DNA of 64,000 bases from an uncultured delta proteobacterium (GTDB lineage: Bacteria > Desulfobacterota > RBG-13-43-22). Shown piece after piece: positions 30,885 through 41,675 of this stretch. Location: positions 64,001 to 128,000 of the forward strand of contig CAVUPH010000014.1 in assembly GCA_963743305.1 (NCBI GenBank). The letters run 5' to 3'. A program made the position numbers and the translations under genes. The notes under the pieces are model-generated. The model did no database searches, was not told the DNA's origin, and saw nothing but the letters and a program-made list of their open reading frames with translations. How positions within the stretch are numbered: the stretch's first letter is position 1; the number at the start of each line of letters is the position of its first letter.

Positions 30885-31598
30885 ATGGCCCTTTCCCTCC
30901 AACTGCGTAAAAAAGTGGATGGTTTTGTCCTGGAGGTGGAATGGGCTATCGAGGAGGAGCTGACCGTCCTCTTTGGGTTTTCCGGGGCCGGGAAATCCAT
31001 GACCCTTCAGATGATCGCCGGGCTGATGAAACCGGGTCAGGGATCCATCCGTTTAGGCGGGCGGGTCCTTTTCGATAGCCGGGCCGGAATCGATGTCACC
31101 CCCCAGGACCGATCCATCGGTTACCTTTTCCAGGACCTGGCCCTGTTCCCACATATGACGGTCAGGGGCAATATCATCTACGGGGCGAAAGGGCTGGGGA
31201 AAAAGGAACGACGGGAAAAAACGGAAGAGATGATCGAGAGTTTTCGCCTCAAAGGGCTGGGTGACAAAAAGCCGGGCGAGATTTCCGGGGGGCAGCGGCA
31301 GCGAGTGGCCCTGGCCCGGGCGCTCATCCGTCGGCCAAAGTTGCTCTTGTTGGATGAACCGTTTTCAGCCCTCGATAATCCTCTCCGTTTGGAGATGCAC
31401 CAATACCTGATCGGAGCGGCGAGACGGTATAAAATCCCGGCAGTCATAGTCACCCATGATCTGAAGGAAGCCTACAGGCTGGGCGACAAAATCATTGTTT
31501 ATTCCGAGGGCCGCGTAACCCAGGCCGGCACTCCGGCAGAGGTTAGGGATAATCCCGTTATCCGTGAAGCGGAAAGGTTTTATGATTCTTCCGAATAA
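30885..31598 (+). CDS. modC: Molybdate ABC ATPase
   Basis: FGFSGAGKS, ISGGQRQRVALARAL, LLDEPFSALD. Confidence 0.9.
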   Translation: MALSLQLRKKVDGFVLEVEWAIEEELTVLFGFSGAGKSMTLQMIAGLMKPGQGSIRLGGRVLFDSRAGIDVTPQDRSIGYLFQDLALFPHMTVRGNIIYGAKGLGKKERREKTEEMIESFRLKGLGDKKPGEISGGQRQRVALARALIRRPKLLLLDEPFSALDNPLRLEMHQYLIGAARRYKIPAVIVTHDLKEAYRLGDKIIVYSEGRVTQAGTPAEVRDNPVIREAERFYDSSE

Positions 31599-31605
31599 AA
31601 TGATG

Positions 31606-31640
31606 GCCTGACCTCAGGCACAGAGGGTTGCGCCGCCTCA
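31606..31640 (-). promoter_or_regulatory. Bacterial SECIS element of arsS
   Basis: UGA-18 nt-GCCUG-AGGU-CAGGC hairpin with G in the apical loop. Confidence 0.7.
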
Positions 31641-32633
31641 GGAAAAGCCGCTGCCGGCCGTGCAGGCGTAGCAATGGTCTCCTACCCGAATGGAGGTGCC
31701 GGCCGGAGGTGGACCTTCCATTTCCGAGACATGGACCTTTCCCTCGCCATAAGGGAGGTCCAAGGCCAGGTTGAAGTCACAATCGTAGAGGATTCCTTCC
31801 CAGGAAACCGAAACCAGGGAACGGCACATAACCCCCACCAAGGTGGCCGGGTTGAAGCCGAAGGTCAGCTTTTCCTGGTAACGCTGCAAGTTTCCCGACC
31901 GATCCAGCCAGTCCCGGTAACGGCCCAGGGGGACATTGGCGAAAACGTACAGATGATTGAAAAACAGGCCTCGCCGGTTTTCCAACTCCTTCCGAAAGCG
32001 TTTTTCTGCTTCAATCTGGGAGGGGGGAAGAAAGGCCCCGCTGGGATTGCTGACCAGGTTGAGTTCCAGGCCGCTGCCTTCCCGGCCATAGCCCACCGCA
32101 TTCAGCCGCTGCAGGGTGTCGATGGCCTGCTGGAAAACACCGGGGCCCCGCTGGGCGTCGGTTTGGCCGGACTGCAAGGAAGGGAAGGAGGCCACCACCA
32201 CCACCCCGTGGGCCTTCAGAAATTCGATCAGTGAGGAATGACTGTCGTCGCTTAACGCCGTCAGGTTGGAGCGAATCATGATCCGGGGGACCAGGCGGGA
32301 AAGGCCTGCGATTAAGCGGATCAGGTTGGGATTCAGTTCCGGGGCGCCCCCGGTGATGTCCGCCACGGCAAACCCGCTTCTACCGGCATAGGCGATCACC
32401 TGATCGACCGTCTCGGCCGTCATGACTTCCCGGCGGTACGGTCCGGCATCCAGGTGACAGTGGCGGCAGGTCTGGTTGCAGAGCAACCCCACATTGATCT
32501 GCAGGGTGGTGGTCTGATCTCGCACCAGGGACAACCCCTGTTCGGTCAAGGTGGTCTTGAAGGGTTTGCCCCAGCCCGGTTCGGGACCGGTGGAAACTTT
32601 TTCTGCCGGGAAACTGACGACCGGTTCCATCAA
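31614..32633 (-). CDS. arsS: Arsenosugar-biosynthesis-type radical SAM (seleno)protein ArsS, Sec at UGA 31640-31638
   Basis: CNQTCRHC radical SAM motif, VMCR..YDCDFN, HCYACTAGSGFS-UGA-GGATLCA*. The UGA sits at the conserved Cys of CTAG.GSSCGG and is followed by a SECIS hairpin. Confidence 0.88.
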
Positions 32634-32642
32634 AAAACCTGT

Positions 32643-32975
32643 TTACATGGACAACTTTTGGGCCACGTTGCGCATCTGGACCCCGTGGACCAGGGAAGCC
32701 CCGCCCCGAATGGCCACGGCCACGTGTACGGCCTCAGTCATCTCGTTCAGGTCCGACCCTTTTTCCAGGCAGGTCTGGGTATAGGCGTCGATGCAGTAAG
32801 GGCACTGGACCGCATGGGCCACGGCCAGGGCGATCAGGGCCTTTTCCCGTTCCGTCAGTGCCCCTTCGGCAAAGACGGTTTGGTAATAGTCAAAAAATTT
32901 CTGGGCCAGGACCGGTGCCTCCTTCCCGATATCGGGGAATTTAGGCAGATCCTGGGGCCGGTAATAGGTTTCCAT
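32643..32975 (-). CDS. AhpD/CMD-family peroxidase-like protein associated with ArsS
   Basis: METYY start, ALTEREKALIALAVAHAVQCPYCIDAY, GASLVHG. Confidence 0.9.
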   Translation of the reverse strand: METYYRPQDLPKFPDIGKEAPVLAQKFFDYYQTVFAEGALTEREKALIALAVAHAVQCPYCIDAYTQTCLEKGSDLNEMTEAVHVAVAIRGGASLVHGVQMRNVAQKLSM

Positions 32976-33075
32976 CAATCCCTCTCCTTCTCTAATCCAA
33001 GAATAGTACCAACGTAATAATACAACAGCATTTCGCATATTAGAATACCACAATCCGATCCGAGAATATACCCCT

Positions 33076-33756
33076 TCAGCACGTCGGTTTTAAGAGATTG
33101 CTGTCCCGTCGATCCACAAATGCTCGAAACTCTTTCAGGGTATTTATATTTAAACACACTTGATCGTCACGGACTCTGACCTTGGCCACCCGCTCCTGGG
33201 GAAGGGCTCGGATTTGTTGATCGAGACGGGCTTCGTTGTCTGCTACGGCCAACGAAGCAAGTCGGCCGAGAAATCGTCGCGACAGCAGGACGGGATGTCC
33301 TCCTTTGGATCGGTATTGAGGGATTACTACGTCTAAGTTATTGTTAAAGGCCGTCCTGATCCGACTATAAACTTCCCTATGCGGGCCGGGGACATCTACG
33401 GGCAGGATAAAGGCCCCGGACCAATCCTTTTCCAGTAATAAGGGGATTGCGCATTGCAGGGAGGAGAATTGTCCCAACTCCGGGGTTTTATTAACAACGA
33501 CGGATACTGCCAGGCCGGATTGGACAGACGCTTCGTCCCAGTCGCCCCGCAGCCAAGGAATTCGTTCGAGGTAACGCTCCTGGTGATAGCCCAGAACAAC
33601 AATCGCCTCCTTCCCGGAGGCGGCTTCAAATCGGCTTAACTGTTCGAGCAGCCAGGGCCGCCCCTGATATTCGACTAGTCCTTTGGGCTTTCCCATCCGG
33701 GAGGATTGGCCGCCGGCTAGGAGAATCAGCGGAAAGTCATCTATTCTATTTACCAT
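33076..33756 (-). CDS. MocA/MobA-like nucleotidyltransferase
   Basis: ILLAGGQSSRMGKPKGL, GQFSSL, PVD.P, GGHPVL, NINT. Confidence 0.85.
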   Translation of the reverse strand: MVNRIDDFPLILLAGGQSSRMGKPKGLVEYQGRPWLLEQLSRFEAASGKEAIVVLGYHQERYLERIPWLRGDWDEASVQSGLAVSVVVNKTPELGQFSSLQCAIPLLLEKDWSGAFILPVDVPGPHREVYSRIRTAFNNNLDVVIPQYRSKGGHPVLLSRRFLGRLASLAVADNEARLDQQIRALPQERVAKVRVRDDQVCLNINTLKEFRAFVDRRDSNLLKPTC

Positions 33757-33879
33757 TTCAAGGAAAATATTGGAGGGAGCGTAGATCGTTTATTTTAAAT
33801 GTTAAAACAGAACCAATCGCAAACGATTATTGTCAATTAAAAGAGAATGTCAAGTAAACTCGTGTGGATCGAAGGCCTT

Positions 33880-34689
33880 TTAGCCGAGAATTCCTTTCAA
33901 TACGCCGTCGGCGATCAGCCGGGCCTGCGGGGTTATGATCCAACAGGATTTCGGGTCTCCCCGGGGATCGATATCGCCGATCTTTTGTCCGGCCTTGACC
34001 TGGACTCCGTCACGGATCAGACCCCAGATCGTACCGGAAATATTCGCCAAAATCGGCTGGTCACAAACGGTGGCGATCACTTCATTCTTCTTTACCGCGT
34101 CACCTATTTTTTTTAAAGCCCGGAGAACTCCCTTTCCAGAGCTTATTATGAGCCGTTCCCTGGTGAACCCATAAATCTCCGTCGGAATCCCGGTTTCTTC
34201 TTCCGCCGGACCGTCAAAAATCAGACGGCCCAGATGGGGACTAGCTGGATTGGTCTCCACTACCAAATGGACATCGGTCCCAGCCACGAAGCCCGGTCCC
34301 AGAGCGATAACCAAAGGAGCCATCCTGATGGTGATGCCAGTATTTCTTTTGGCCATGACCGCGTCAATCAGGACGTCGAGATCTAAGCTATCCAGAATTT
34401 TTGTTTCCGGATCAACAAGGATGGGTATCAATCCATCCTCCCAACACTGACCGATCTCCGGCAAAAAAAGCCCTGATCTTTGGGCCGCCACCCCGCCCAC
34501 CTCCATCCGGCCGTCGATGACGGCTTCACAGAATGAAACACCTCTCCTTTCGGTGAGAGGGAGCGCCAGATCGGTCATTACGATCCTTCTCAGACCGCGT
34601 TGGTATAAGAGATGGGCTACGGCGCTGGCTTTCTCACCGGCCCCCTTGATCAATACGATATGTTCCTGGAGACGCTTTGGGGAGACCAT
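33880..34689 (-). CDS. yqeB: YqeB (copy 3, divergent)
   Basis: LIKGAGEKASAVA, RRGVSFCEA, DAVMAKRN, KIGDIDPRG. Confidence 0.85.
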   Translation of the reverse strand: MVSPKRLQEHIVLIKGAGEKASAVAHLLYQRGLRRIVMTDLALPLTERRGVSFCEAVIDGRMEVGGVAAQRSGLFLPEIGQCWEDGLIPILVDPETKILDSLDLDVLIDAVMAKRNTGITIRMAPLVIALGPGFVAGTDVHLVVETNPASPHLGRLIFDGPAEEETGIPTEIYGFTRERLIISSGKGVLRALKKIGDAVKKNEVIATVCDQPILANISGTIWGLIRDGVQVKAGQKIGDIDPRGDPKSCWIITPQARLIADGVLKGILG

Positions 34690-34745
34690 GTGATTAGATT
34701 ATTCCTTCTTTCGGGCTTGATATTCCAAAAGATTTCTTTCTAAAA

Positions 34746-36664
<1,919 letters not shown>

Positions 36665-36706
36665 GAATTGAAATTTTCCTCGGAGACCATCGTTAAAGAT
36701 AGGATT

Positions 36707-36798
36707 TGGAGGGGGCAAGGGGAATCGAACCTCCTCCCGGGTTTCTAGACCGGGCCAACGGGTTTGCAGCCCGCGGGGCGCCCAGCCCCATTGCCCCC
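36707..36798 (-). tRNA. selC*: Non-canonical tRNA-Sec-like selC* tRNA with Cys identity (anticodon GCA, U73, 8/4 fold)
   Basis: GGGGGCAA/TTGCCCCC 8-bp acceptor stem followed by T-CCA; D stem GGGGC/GCCCC; anticodon arm GCGGG-CTGCAAA-CCCGT; long variable arm CCCGG/CCGGG; T arm GG(A)GG-TTCGATT-CCCC (4 bp plus bulged A); 92 nt; 42 bp upstream of selB. Confidence 0.9.
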
Positions 36799-37069
36799 AC
36801 TGATTCACTTTATTATTACCCTATGGCTGATAGATCCCCATAGAGGTCCAATTATCCGGGGAAGCGACTTGACTGACTTGAGTTACGGATTCCGCCGGAC
36901 CGATTATAACTCTCACGGATTTCTGCTTCACCGGTGTCTGGGATAATTCAGCCGTGGTAATGGTCCAATCCCCCCTAACGAAGTTGAAAAGGTGCGGTCG
37001 GCCGGGGTTTACCCCCTTCCCGTTCAAAACGAATATCACCGTGCATAAGAAAAAATTCGACGGCCTGCA

Positions 37070-38242
37070 TCAATTCATCTTGGGGAGGCGTTTCATGATC
37101 TGGTCATGGCAGTTGGAGCAGCCCACGACCACCACGTTGGCCCCGCTCTCTTTGATCTGGTTGTATTTATACCGTCCGTGCCAGGCGGAATCTTCTTCAT
37201 AGGGCATGGGCCAATTCCCGCCGCCGGCCCCGCAACAGAAGTTGTTGGCCCGATTGGGAACCATATCCACGAATTGGTCCACGCATTGATCGATGATCCA
37301 GCGGGGTTCTTCATAATAGCCGTGCCCGAAGTTGCGTTCCAGTTCCCGGCCGTGTTTACAGGAGTCGTGCCAGGTAAACACCTTCCCCGCGTTTACGGAT
37401 TTATCCAGTTTGATTCGACCGGACAGGATGATTTCTTTTAAATAATCATATAAATAGATATGGGAAACCGCGTTGTTGGGATCTTCCAGCACACATTCCT
37501 TCATGCCTTTCTTGCAGCCGTAGGAACCGCCGCCGCAGTCCGGCATGATCATCCTTCCAATGCGGTGCTCTTTCATGAAGTCGATTTTCCTTTTGGCCAG
37601 AATCTTGGTAGCTTCCGCATTTCCGGTAAAGAGTCCCCAGTCCACGGCTTCCCAGTTTTCCGAGGGAACGGTCCAGTTCTCTTTAGCGGCATAAAAGATC
37701 TTCCACCACCATTTCATATCGTCGTTGTCGGCGAAAACTTCCTTGGAATTGGGAAAGAAAAGTATTTCGGCGTCGTCTTTGTCCACCGGCACATAAAAGC
37801 CCGCCAATTCCTCGTCGGCCAGTTCTTTCCCCAAATCGGACAAGAGAAAGAAATAATCCGCCTGCGGAATGGCCATATTGTTGCCGGTGTTCAGTACATT
37901 TTCGACCCCCTTATGCAAAATACCCGGCACCTGGTCCCGAGGCCGGAGGGATTTCATAAAACCATTGATTCCGACGATGTCTATGCCCATGGGACAACCG
38001 TGGACGCAGCGACCGCACCCGGTGCAGATCCATGGAAATTTGGAATTGACCACTTCATCGACCATGCCGAAAACCAACATGCGGATGACCTTTCGGGTGT
38101 CCCACCCGGGCGTATGAGGCGATCCGCTGATCGGACATCCCCCGGAACAAGTGCCGCAGGTGTAGCAGCGATTCAGGTTGAATTTGGAAAGGTATTTTTT
38201 TAACTCTTCAGGTATTCGCTTGATATTTAATGCAGGTTCCAT
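37070..38242 (-). CDS. HdrD/GlpC-like (Fe-S)-binding oxidoreductase, probably 3'-truncated
   Basis: CYTCGTCSGGCP, CTGCGRCVHGCP, CCG domain HDSC..CCGAGGG..CSNC; ends abruptly at RLPKMN. Confidence 0.85.
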   Translation of the reverse strand: MEPALNIKRIPEELKKYLSKFNLNRCYTCGTCSGGCPISGSPHTPGWDTRKVIRMLVFGMVDEVVNSKFPWICTGCGRCVHGCPMGIDIVGINGFMKSLRPRDQVPGILHKGVENVLNTGNNMAIPQADYFFLLSDLGKELADEELAGFYVPVDKDDAEILFFPNSKEVFADNDDMKWWWKIFYAAKENWTVPSENWEAVDWGLFTGNAEATKILAKRKIDFMKEHRIGRMIMPDCGGGSYGCKKGMKECVLEDPNNAVSHIYLYDYLKEIILSGRIKLDKSVNAGKVFTWHDSCKHGRELERNFGHGYYEEPRWIIDQCVDQFVDMVPNRANNFCCGAGGGNWPMPYEEDSAWHGRYKYNQIKESGANVVVVGCSNCHDQIMKRLPKMN

Positions 38243-38263
38243 ATCCTCCTCCTATCCTTAGTA

Positions 38264-38686
38264 CTAAGCAGCGGCCCGTTGGGTGAATAGCGGCCCTAAT
38301 CTTTTTATTTTCTCCGTAAAATCATGGCAGGTCTTGGCGAACTGGGGTCCCATGGCGGATGAATTATAATAGATGTCCACCCGCTCCGGTTCCATCCCGC
38401 ATTCCTGGAGGTATTTCTTGACCTGCGCCACTCGTTTTGTGGCCCTATGGTTGCCTGATAAGAAATGGCAATCCCCCAGCAGGCACCCCGATAAAAAGAC
38501 ACCGTCCACCCCTTTCTCAAAAGCGTGGAGGATATGAATAACATCGACGCGCCCGGTACAGGGGACCAGAATAATCCGGACATTGTCCGGATATTGCAAA
38601 TGCATGGAACCGGCCAGATCGGCGGCGGCATAGGAGCACCACCGGCAACAATAAGAAATGATTTTGGGTTCGAAGGTATCTTCCAT
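38264..38686 (-). CDS. mvhD: Hydrogenase iron-sulfur subunit MvhD/FlpD (all-Cys form)
   Basis: FEPKII.YCCRWCSYAAADLAG, VPCTGRVD, GVDGV..SGC..GDCHF..GN. Confidence 0.92.
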   Translation of the reverse strand: MEDTFEPKIISYCCRWCSYAAADLAGSMHLQYPDNVRIILVPCTGRVDVIHILHAFEKGVDGVFLSGCLLGDCHFLSGNHRATKRVAQVKKYLQECGMEPERVDIYYNSSAMGPQFAKTCHDFTEKIKRLGPLFTQRAAA

Positions 38687-38858
38687 ATGCAACCCCCTCA
38701 CTTGAATGGAATAACGATTTTAAGAAAACGGCTTGTCTGTAGGCCCCACTTCATCGCCTGAAGGGACACGGCCATTAAACGAACTTCGTCCCTGAAAGGG
38801 GGACGATAGCCCTCGATCCTTTCCCTAAAAAAGTCGCTTAAAATTTAATAAGAGGGTG

Positions 38859-39017
38859 TTAAAAAGAACGGCGGGTCTGGAAGGCGGAACCGTCGCTCAT
38901 CACCCTGATTCCTGATGTATGCCTTGGACGCAGAACCTGCGCCTTATTGCCCCAAGATCATAGGCTGGGCATTCAACGGACGGCGATGAGCCTGTTTGGG
39001 CAATAGTGATGGATCAC
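38859..39017 (-). CDS. Putative Sec-containing leader peptide (2 in-frame UGA + SECIS)
   Basis: GGAGGTGA SD, GTG at 39017, UGA at 38975 and 38960, TAA at 38859; hairpin GGCGCAG-GUU-CUGCGUC begins 14 nt after the second UGA. Confidence 0.6.
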
Positions 39018-39332
39018 GGTCTCACCTCCCTTCTTTCGATTGGACGGATCTTTGAAGATATGGAACGATTTGTTTCGATCTTAAAAAAGCCACGAAACCG
39101 CTTCTTGTTCAGACTATTAAATTGAGCAAAACAGGGGTCGATTTTCCCGTCCTGATCGGCCGGGAAAGACCGCATTTTTTACCCTAAGGGATTATAATTT
39201 CCAGGACCTAGAAATTAGAGGGATAATCAAGTGAAAAAAGTGGAGGGAAGGGAGAATGGGTATAGGTAACTCATTAGGCTGACACCTTATATCATTAAAA
39301 GTGATTAGTCAAATAGAAAATAACCATCCTTT

Positions 39333-39821
39333 TCAAGGGGCCATCGTAAAATGCCCTCCAGCCCGGCGAATTTCCTCCAAAACGGTTTTGACCAGTTCCG
39401 GGACCCGGTTTTTCACAGTGGGGGTCAGTTCGTCGGACCAAGGGGAATAATCCTCGGGCTCGATGCCCAGCACCACCGTTTCGGGTCGGTTGCCCACCAA
39501 TTCGCAGCAGGCCAGGGTTTCCAGAAGGTCCGTTTGGTGAAGAGAATACTTAAAAGCTACGCTCTTGCGGACCTCTTCGCCGGTCAGGCGATAAAACGTT
39601 CCCGGAGATTGGCCGTTTAGTACGGCATCCACCACGATTAACGAATCCGAGGAGATTATGGCGTCCATCAGTTTGATTCCCAAGGTCCCCCCGTCCATGA
39701 GGGACACATTCGGAGAAAAAGAATAGTCTGCCTGGAGTCGCTCCACCACGCGCACGCCGACTCCCTCATCGCGCAGCAGGATATTCCCCACCCCTAATAC
39801 CAGTATTCGCTTCTCCGGCAT
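39333..39821 (-). CDS. hyaD: HyaD/HybD-family hydrogenase maturation endopeptidase
   Basis: LVLGVGNILLRDEGVG, DGGTLG, VVDAV, SLHQ. Confidence 0.93.
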   Translation of the reverse strand: MPEKRILVLGVGNILLRDEGVGVRVVERLQADYSFSPNVSLMDGGTLGIKLMDAIISSDSLIVVDAVLNGQSPGTFYRLTGEEVRKSVAFKYSLHQTDLLETLACCELVGNRPETVVLGIEPEDYSPWSDELTPTVKNRVPELVKTVLEEIRRAGGHFTMAP

Positions 39822-39878
39822 TCACTTATCCTTAGAATCATGTCTATCAAAAATTTCTTTGGCAAACAAATCGGGCAC

Positions 39879-39929
39879 TTTCACCTCCGCCCTCTTCCCC
39901 CATCGGGGAGGAGGAGGGCGGAGGTGAAA
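39879..39929. terminator. Strong stem-loop between hydrogenase large subunit and protease
   Basis: TTTCACCTCCGCCCTC..GAGGGCGGAGGTGAAA inverted repeat. Confidence 0.6.
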
Positions 39930-39931
39930 AT

Positions 39932-41623
39932 CTATGACACTTTAAATTCGTACACTTCGTTGGTTTGCGGATCGATGACATGAACCCCGCAGGCGATGCA
40001 GGGGTCGAAGGAGTGGACCGTCCGTAATACCTCCACCGGGCGCTTGGGGTCCGCCACAGGGGTGCCGATCAAGGCTTCTTCCACCGGTCCCAGCCGGCCC
40101 AGAGCGCAACGGGGTCCCAGGTTCCAGGTGGAAGGCACCACCAGTTGATAGTTTTCAATCTTTCCGTCTTTTTGGGTAATCCAGTGGCTGAGCGCTCCCC
40201 GAGGTGCGGTGACAAACCCGACCCCGCTGGATTCCTTGGGCATTTTCCATTCGGCGTACAGGTTGGTGTCCCCTTTCTTAACGTTGGCTTCCATCTGGTT
40301 CAGCCAGACCTCGGTCTTGGCGGCGATGGCGGCGCATTCGATGCCCCGGGCGGCCGTCCGTCCCAGGGTGGAAAACAGGGCTTCCGGTCCCACGCCTAAG
40401 TGTTTCAGAACCGTATCCACCAGCCCTTTGCACTCCGGCTGACCTTTGGCATAAGCGATCAAAACCGTGGCCAAAGGCCCCGTTTCCATGGGTTTGTTAT
40501 GGTAGCGGGGGGCCTTCATCCAGGAATAGCGGTTCTTATCGCTTAATTTGGTATATTTCGGCTTGGTTACACCCTTTGAGGGTTTCCGGGATTCCGTCCC
40601 TTCATACCAACTGAAGGCCACATGCTCCCGGATATCCGCAGGATCAAATTTCTGGACATTGGCCAGGTCCCGTTTCATGATCACCCCGGCCGGCAGCCAT
40701 CGGCTTTCCAGGTCGGTTTCGGTCTCCGGGAATTCCCCGAAGCTGAGAAAATTCGTACAGCCTCCGATGGCCCCCCAATTTTTATAAAAGGAAGCCACGG
40801 CCAGTAGGTCCGGGATGTAGACCTCATCGATGAACTGTTTGGTCTCTTTGTAGAGGTCACGGAATTCCTTGAAACGTTCCGGGGTCAGGGCTTCGTAGTT
40901 GGTGGCCCCCCCCACCACGGTAAATTGGGTATGCGGGTTCTTCCCACCCATAACCGCCATCATGCGGGCGGCCTTGACCTGCAGCCGCAAGGCTTCCAGG
41001 TAATGAGCGGTAGCGATCAGGTTGACTTCCGGAGGCAGGACATAAGCCGGATGGCCGCCGAGGAAATAGGCGTTGGTAAAAATACCGAGCTGTCCATTGT
41101 CCACGAAGGCCTTTAACTTGGCCTGAACCGCCTTAAGGCCTTCGGCAGTGGTTTTGCGGTTGGGGGAAATATCGTTGGCCAATTTGGCGGCTTTGGAGGC
41201 GTCGGCCGTCAGTCCGCTGGTCACGTCCACCCAATCCAGCGCGTGCAGGTGGTAAAAATGAACGATATGGTCGTGCATGAACTGGCTGGCTAAGACCAAG
41301 TTACGCATCAATCGGGCGTTATCGGGGATCTTGACCCCCACGGCGTTATCGACGCAACGGGTGGCGGCCAGGGCATGCACGTAGGTGCAGACCCCGCAGG
41401 CTCGCTGGGTAATATGCTGGGCGTCCCGCGGATCGCGCCCTTTTAAGATAATTTCGAGGCCCCGGAAAAGCTGGGAACTGGACCAGGCATTGTGGACCTT
41501 TCCGTTTTTCACCTCCACCTCGATCCGCAGGTGTCCTTCAATCCGAGTAATGGGGTCGATGACGATGGACCCGGAATATCCGCCCCCGACAGGGGCGGCA
41601 GCGGGTGTTTTCTGTTCGGCCAT
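39932..41623 (-). CDS. hynA: Periplasmic [NiFe] hydrogenase large subunit (group 1b, Cys type)
   Basis: DPITRIEGH, QRACGVC, FDPCIACGVH plus cleavable C-terminal tail. Symbol follows D. vulgaris naming. Confidence 0.95.
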   Translation of the reverse strand: MAEQKTPAAAPVGGGYSGSIVIDPITRIEGHLRIEVEVKNGKVHNAWSSSQLFRGLEIILKGRDPRDAQHITQRACGVCTYVHALAATRCVDNAVGVKIPDNARLMRNLVLASQFMHDHIVHFYHLHALDWVDVTSGLTADASKAAKLANDISPNRKTTAEGLKAVQAKLKAFVDNGQLGIFTNAYFLGGHPAYVLPPEVNLIATAHYLEALRLQVKAARMMAVMGGKNPHTQFTVVGGATNYEALTPERFKEFRDLYKETKQFIDEVYIPDLLAVASFYKNWGAIGGCTNFLSFGEFPETETDLESRWLPAGVIMKRDLANVQKFDPADIREHVAFSWYEGTESRKPSKGVTKPKYTKLSDKNRYSWMKAPRYHNKPMETGPLATVLIAYAKGQPECKGLVDTVLKHLGVGPEALFSTLGRTAARGIECAAIAAKTEVWLNQMEANVKKGDTNLYAEWKMPKESSGVGFVTAPRGALSHWITQKDGKIENYQLVVPSTWNLGPRCALGRLGPVEEALIGTPVADPKRPVEVLRTVHSFDPCIACGVHVIDPQTNEVYEFKVS

Positions 41624-41675
41624 TATAATATCCTCCTTAGATACATTAATAAAATAAAGGGGCAGCTAGATCGAC

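Noticed and set aside
36707-36798. Canonical tRNA-Sec (selC) call
   Set aside because: The anticodon is GCA, the discriminator is U and the T stem is 4 bp with a bulge, not UCA/G73/8-5.
36665-36808. N-terminal extension of SelB in the ORF track (MNQWGQW...)
   Set aside because: It runs through the tRNA gene. The real start is METGITV at 36664.
36821-37072. Sec read-through of the hdrD UGA into the in-frame 72-aa ORF
   Set aside because: The UGA is not at a conserved Cys, no convincing SECIS follows, and the downstream peptide is not HdrD-like.
38590-38655. SECIS after the mvhD Cys codons
   Set aside because: Only weak GC pairing is present, which codon content explains.
39932-41623. [NiFeSe] hydrogenase
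   Set aside because: The C-terminal motif is DPCIAC encoded with Cys codons, and a cleavable tail is present.
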